Translations under genes and position numbers: made by a program
NCBI GenBank assembly: GCA_046481735.1
Contig: JAWOJI010000087.1
Span: forward strand, 1-36,145
Source of the DNA: Desulfatiglandales bacterium
GTDB lineage: Bacteria > Desulfobacterota > DSM-4660 > Desulfatiglandales > HGW-15
Length of the DNA stretch: 36,145 nt
Reading direction: 5' to 3'
The notes under the pieces: generated by a model
Databases searched by the model: none
Seen by the model: the letters and a program-made list of their open reading frames with translations, nothing else
What the model was told of the DNA's origin: nothing
In this document: positions 33,371-36,145 of the stretch, one piece after another
How positions within the stretch are numbered: position 1 is the first letter of the stretch
Layout of the letters: every line of letters begins with the position of its first letter

Positions 33371-34318
33371 TTAACCCGGGCCATACAAGTCCCGAACCTT
33401 CCGCACCATGCCCTGGCGCTTGAGAAAGTGCCGGGGATCAGCTTCGGGGTCGGCCAGGATTTCTTCAAGGTACTTCTTATGTCTCTCGATCGCTTCTTGG
33501 TAAAGGTTTGCTGAAATGCTCCACCGGGACGCGAAGTGAGCTGTCATGAAACGTTGTACCAGGTCGGAAACAGGGGCGATTCTCTGCTTCATGTACTCCA
33601 TGAAGGCAGGGGTTTTCCTGATGAGATCCACTTCGCTTTCATATTCTCCCACGTTCCCCTCCTTGTACTCATGGTAAAGAAAGAGAAGCTTTTCGAGATA
33701 GACCCTGTCCGCCATTTGCCCCATTAAATCCGCTGCGTTGAGAAGCCTTCCGAAAAGCTCCACTGTGGGAGAAGGGTGCAGAGAATCCGGGAGGGCCCTC
33801 TTGATGTCCGTGTAAAGTATCATGGCGGCGCCGTCTTGGATCTCCTCCTTGGTGAACCCGATCTCGGGGCCGTGCCTCATGAGAAAGTCTCTGCCTCTCT
33901 TCACGTGGTAAAGGGTGAATTTGGCACCGGTGCCTTCGATGTCGTCTTTGTCCTGGATATATCCGGTGTCGTGAAAAAGAGCGGCAACGAGGGCAACCGA
34001 GATATCCCGTTCACGGAAATCCTCCTGGATGATACTTGCCCCATGAGCAAGTCTTGCCGTGGCGAGAAAAGCGTCCGTTGTGTGCCTGAGGTCGTGGTAG
34101 AGGGTCGTGCAAGACCTGTAAAGCGGGTGATTTCCGCGAAAGATCCTGAGGATCAAACGAAAGGCGGCCCGAACACGTTCAATGTCAAAATTGGGGGAAA
34201 TGAGCGCTAGAATGATGACGATTTCCTCAAAAACCGCCTCAGGGTCTTCGATTTCCACAAGGTCATGAAGCTTAATTTCCTTGAGAACGTCCCTTTTGAA
34301 CAACCGGCTCATGTCCAT
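33371..34318 (-). CDS. HD-domain metal-dependent phosphohydrolase family protein
   Basis: It has YHDLRHTTD and ALFHDTGYIQD (an H...HD...D pattern). At 315 aa it is the first gene of the co-directional block ending in TM2. Confidence 0.75.
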   Translation of the reverse strand: MDMSRLFKRDVLKEIKLHDLVEIEDPEAVFEEIVIILALISPNFDIERVRAAFRLILRIFRGNHPLYRSCTTLYHDLRHTTDAFLATARLAHGASIIQEDFRERDISVALVAALFHDTGYIQDKDDIEGTGAKFTLYHVKRGRDFLMRHGPEIGFTKEEIQDGAAMILYTDIKRALPDSLHPSPTVELFGRLLNAADLMGQMADRVYLEKLLFLYHEYKEGNVGEYESEVDLIRKTPAFMEYMKQRIAPVSDLVQRFMTAHFASRWSISANLYQEAIERHKKYLEEILADPEADPRHFLKRQGMVRKVRDLYGPG

Positions 34319-34514
34319 ACAGAGATTCTTCCAAAGAAAAGCTCTCTAACGGAGAAGAACAAAGCGTCCCCTTCTGATGAAAGGGGCAGAAGGAGAAAGA
34401 GAAACAAACTCAAAGAATTCTAACACAAACACAATGCCGAATCAATTGCAATATTCCGACTTCATAAACACAGATCCGTCTCGATTGCACCCATTTAAGA
34501 GCTTCTGGAGTAAT

Positions 34515-34685
34515 TCAGGGATTTCCCTTGATTTTCGAGTTGATCCCGGTATAAAGTTCTCTCGAATTTATGCCAAGCGTTTCGCACGCTTCAAAATGAC
34601 CACCCTGGTTTTCAACCAAAGCGATCTGCCCATCAAATGCGGGTGGATTTATCGAAAATTCCTCCAAGAATACCTTGGTTACCAT
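34515..34685 (-). CDS. small (56 aa) Fis-type helix-turn-helix protein or gene fragment
   Basis: It falls below the track length cutoff. The product is MVTKVFLEEFSINPPAFDGQIALVENQGGHFEACETLGINSRELYTGINSKIKGNP. The segment IALVENQGGHFEACETLGINSRELY resembles the C-terminal Fis-type HTH of sigma-54 activators (aL...gGN...AA..LGIsR.TLy). An in-frame stop lies 4 codons upstream of the ATG. Confidence 0.35.
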   Translation of the reverse strand: MVTKVFLEEFSINPPAFDGQIALVENQGGHFEACETLGINSRELYTGINSKIKGNP

Positions 34686-35253
34686 GGCCGGCACAGCCTA
34701 CAAAGATATCAAAGACTCCCTGATTCAGCTCTATGCGAAGGATGAACGCCCCTGGTTGGTGGGGTTCAGCGGGGGCAAAGACAGCACCATGCTCGCCTCT
34801 CTCATCTTTGACGCCGTACTCTTTGTTCCTCAGGCGGAGCGAAAAAAACCTATATCGGTTCTATGCACGCACACGCGCATAGAAATCCCTGCCATTGCCG
34901 AGATGGTCGAAGGCACGCTTTCCCGGATGCAAAGGTTTTCCCGGCAAAACGAGCTGAACATAGAGGTGAACTTGCTGAAACCGCCTCCCGAACAATCTTT
35001 CTGGGTGAACATAATCGGCCGGGGCGTCGCCCGCATCATCAACCAACAGCGGGGGATCATCATGAACGCCAATCTAACCGAGTTGAACCGTCTTCGAGAA
35101 CTGGAAGAGGAGGTTGCCCGGGAATTCGGCGTGCGTGCGGACATCTTGCGGCGCATGCTCGCAAAGGTCGAGGAATACAGCGAGAGCCACCGCGCCCATG
35201 GCCTGCCGGACGACCTCCTGAACGCTCTAAAAGATGATCTCTCCTGGCGCTAG
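34684..35253 (+). pseudogene. dndC: internally deleted dndC-like (PAPS-reductase-fold, DNA phosphorothioation) gene remnant
   Basis: The first ~115 aa read like a DndC N-terminus: DERPWLVGFSGGKDSTMLASLIFDAV...KKPISVLCTHTRIEIPAIAEMVEG...LLKPPPEQSFWVNIIGRG. After IIGRG the expected YPxP...RWCT core is absent. The ORF ends about 75 aa later, giving ~190 aa where I recall a DndC of several hundred aa. The usual DT of the PP-loop region reads HT. Confidence 0.55.
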
Positions 35254-35286
35254 GCTGAGGAAGAGAACACCACGATCCGTTAGTTG

Positions 35287-36145
35287 ATGGTAAAAAACTG
35301 CAACCATTGGTTAGGCAAAATTGCGACCCTGCGCATAGACCGGGCGCGAGGTGACCCTGCACCTCACAAACCACTCCTGCTTTTGGTCATTCTTGAAATG
35401 GTGGACAAGGGCGAAGTGACAGACCGTGAGATTGCACTCTCTGCCGATCTCGCCTTCAGGTTCAGCGTGTTTTGGTCAGTTGTAGCTCAGCGGCGTAGAC
35501 AGCCGCCCGAAGTGCGGTTACCCTTCCATCACCTGGGGTCTTCCGGCATGTGGATGCCACTGGCGGCTGACGGCAAACCGTCGCCGAATAGGATGCTGAC
35601 CACGACGATCAGGCTCGATGCAGGCTTCTTCGCATGTCTCACTGATCGCGACTTCCGCGATCAAGCGAGAAGAGTGTTGATTCAAACCGAACCCTATTTC
35701 CGGCCTGAGGAGCAAGTCGCGCTCTGCAGCATGCTGAATCTCACACCGAATCTTCCTCAGGTCCGAGAAAACCCGAGAGAGTACAGAACGAGGGTACAAA
35801 GCGGGCGTAATGCGCGCTTCCGCATCGAGGTAGTCGTTGTTGCGTACAGGCACACCTGTGCGCTCACCGGTTATCGGATGACCACATTGGACATGGAGAG
35901 CATCGTCGATGCAGTTCACATCCACGAATTCAAAGACAGCAGAAACAACGATCCCCGGAATGGTATAGCACTCAGCAAGAATGCACACTGGCAGTTTGAC
36001 CGCGGCCTGTGGTCGTTAGACGACAACTATAGGGTAATTCTCAACAGAGAGAGATTTACCGAGGAGGGTGTGCCTAGACAGCGGCTTGTCGATTTCGAAG
36101 GGAAAAGAGCTTTCTTGCCGAGTGATTCGAAGTATTGGCCAGAGC
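35287..36145 (+). CDS. HNH endonuclease (HNH_2 type) with an N-terminal ScoMcrA-like putative DNA sulfur-binding domain; 3' end cut by window edge
   Basis: It is not in the ORF track because there is no stop before the window end. I translated 286 open codons by hand: MVKNCNHWLGKIATLRIDRARGDPAPHKPLLLLVILEMVDKGEV...VRLPFHHLGSSGMWMP...NARFRIEVVVAYRHTCALTGYRM...IVDAVHIHEFKDSRNNDPRNGIALSKNAHWQFDRGLWSLDDNYRVIL.... The C-terminal half fits the HNH_2 pattern (CA.TG ... aaHI.p ... NG..L....H..FD.G). The antisense track ORF 35518..35988 is a shadow of this frame. Confidence 0.7.
   Translation, partial: MVKNCNHWLGKIATLRIDRARGDPAPHKPLLLLVILEMVDKGEVTDREIALSADLAFRFSVFWSVVAQRRRQPPEVRLPFHHLGSSGMWMPLAADGKPSPNRMLTTTIRLDAGFFACLTDRDFRDQARRVLIQTEPYFRPEEQVALCSMLNLTPNLPQVRENPREYRTRVQSGRNARFRIEVVVVAYRHTCALTGYRMTTLDMESIVDAVHIHEFKDSRNNDPRNGIALSKNAHWQFDRGLWSLDDNYRVILNRERFTEEGVPRQRLVDFEGKRAFLPSDSKYWPE

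Noticed and set aside
34377-34745. 122-aa plus-strand ORF
   Set aside because: It has no RBS and a low-complexity N-terminus. It overlaps both the Fis-type HTH small ORF on the other strand and the start of the dndC-like remnant. I treat it as non-coding.
35484-35500. tRNA-like string GTAGCTCAGCGG
   Set aside because: It resembles a D-arm, but it lies inside the open HNH-nuclease frame. No acceptor stem, anticodon arm or GTTCGAATC T-arm can be built around it.
35518-35988. 156-aa minus-strand ORF in the track
   Set aside because: It is antisense to a longer open plus-strand frame (35287 to the window end) with clear HNH motifs. It has no recognisable motifs of its own, so it is a shadow ORF.

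Overview
This 36.1-kb chromosomal window has roughly mid-50s % GC by eye. Its gene content looks like a strictly anaerobic Desulfobacterota or syntroph-like bacterium, which is inference from content only. I found no rRNA, tRNA or CRISPR array.

Gene order, left to right:
1. A minus-strand ArsR regulator and a thioredoxin-like gene cut by the left edge.
2. A plus-strand operon at 1.06-10.76 kb headed by a TetR regulator. It encodes a FadH/enoate-reductase-type old yellow enzyme (FMN, [4Fe-4S], FAD), a small Cys-containing protein, two 2x[4Fe-4S] ferredoxins and a VOC/epimerase-like protein. It also encodes two HdrA paralogs, one fused to MvhD, and an HdrC-like/GltD-like NAD(P)H oxidoreductase. 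No HdrB is present.
3. An OmpR-type two-component system followed by two tandem HtrA/DegP proteases. The first protease has Cys in place of the catalytic Ser.
4. A 300-bp MITE-like inverted-repeat element with a 7-bp direct-repeat flank.
5. An acyl-CoA synthetase, an inositol-3-phosphate synthase, an orphan protein with an HsdR-N-like domain, and a rhodanese.
6. A long minus-strand block: a LivFGMH-plus-binding-protein ABC transporter, threonine aldolase and ADP-forming acyl-CoA synthetase. It continues with a tightly packed HD / archease / RtcB / SAM-methyltransferase / TM2 cassette.
7. A lower-GC junction followed by defence-island remnants: an internally deleted dndC-like gene and an HNH nuclease that runs off the right edge. 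Its N-terminal domain looks like a ScoMcrA-type sulfur-binding domain. This ORF is not in the supplied track.

Strongest leads:
- RtcB is split in the ORF track only by an in-frame TGA at the conserved metal-binding Cys, with a hairpin downstream, so it is probably a selenoprotein.
- The OYE plus Hdr-like module is a candidate electron-bifurcating reductase system.
- The first HtrA paralog has a His-Asp-Cys triad.
- The RNA heal/seal/modify-like cassette around RtcB.
- A modification-dependent nuclease sits next to a dead dndC.
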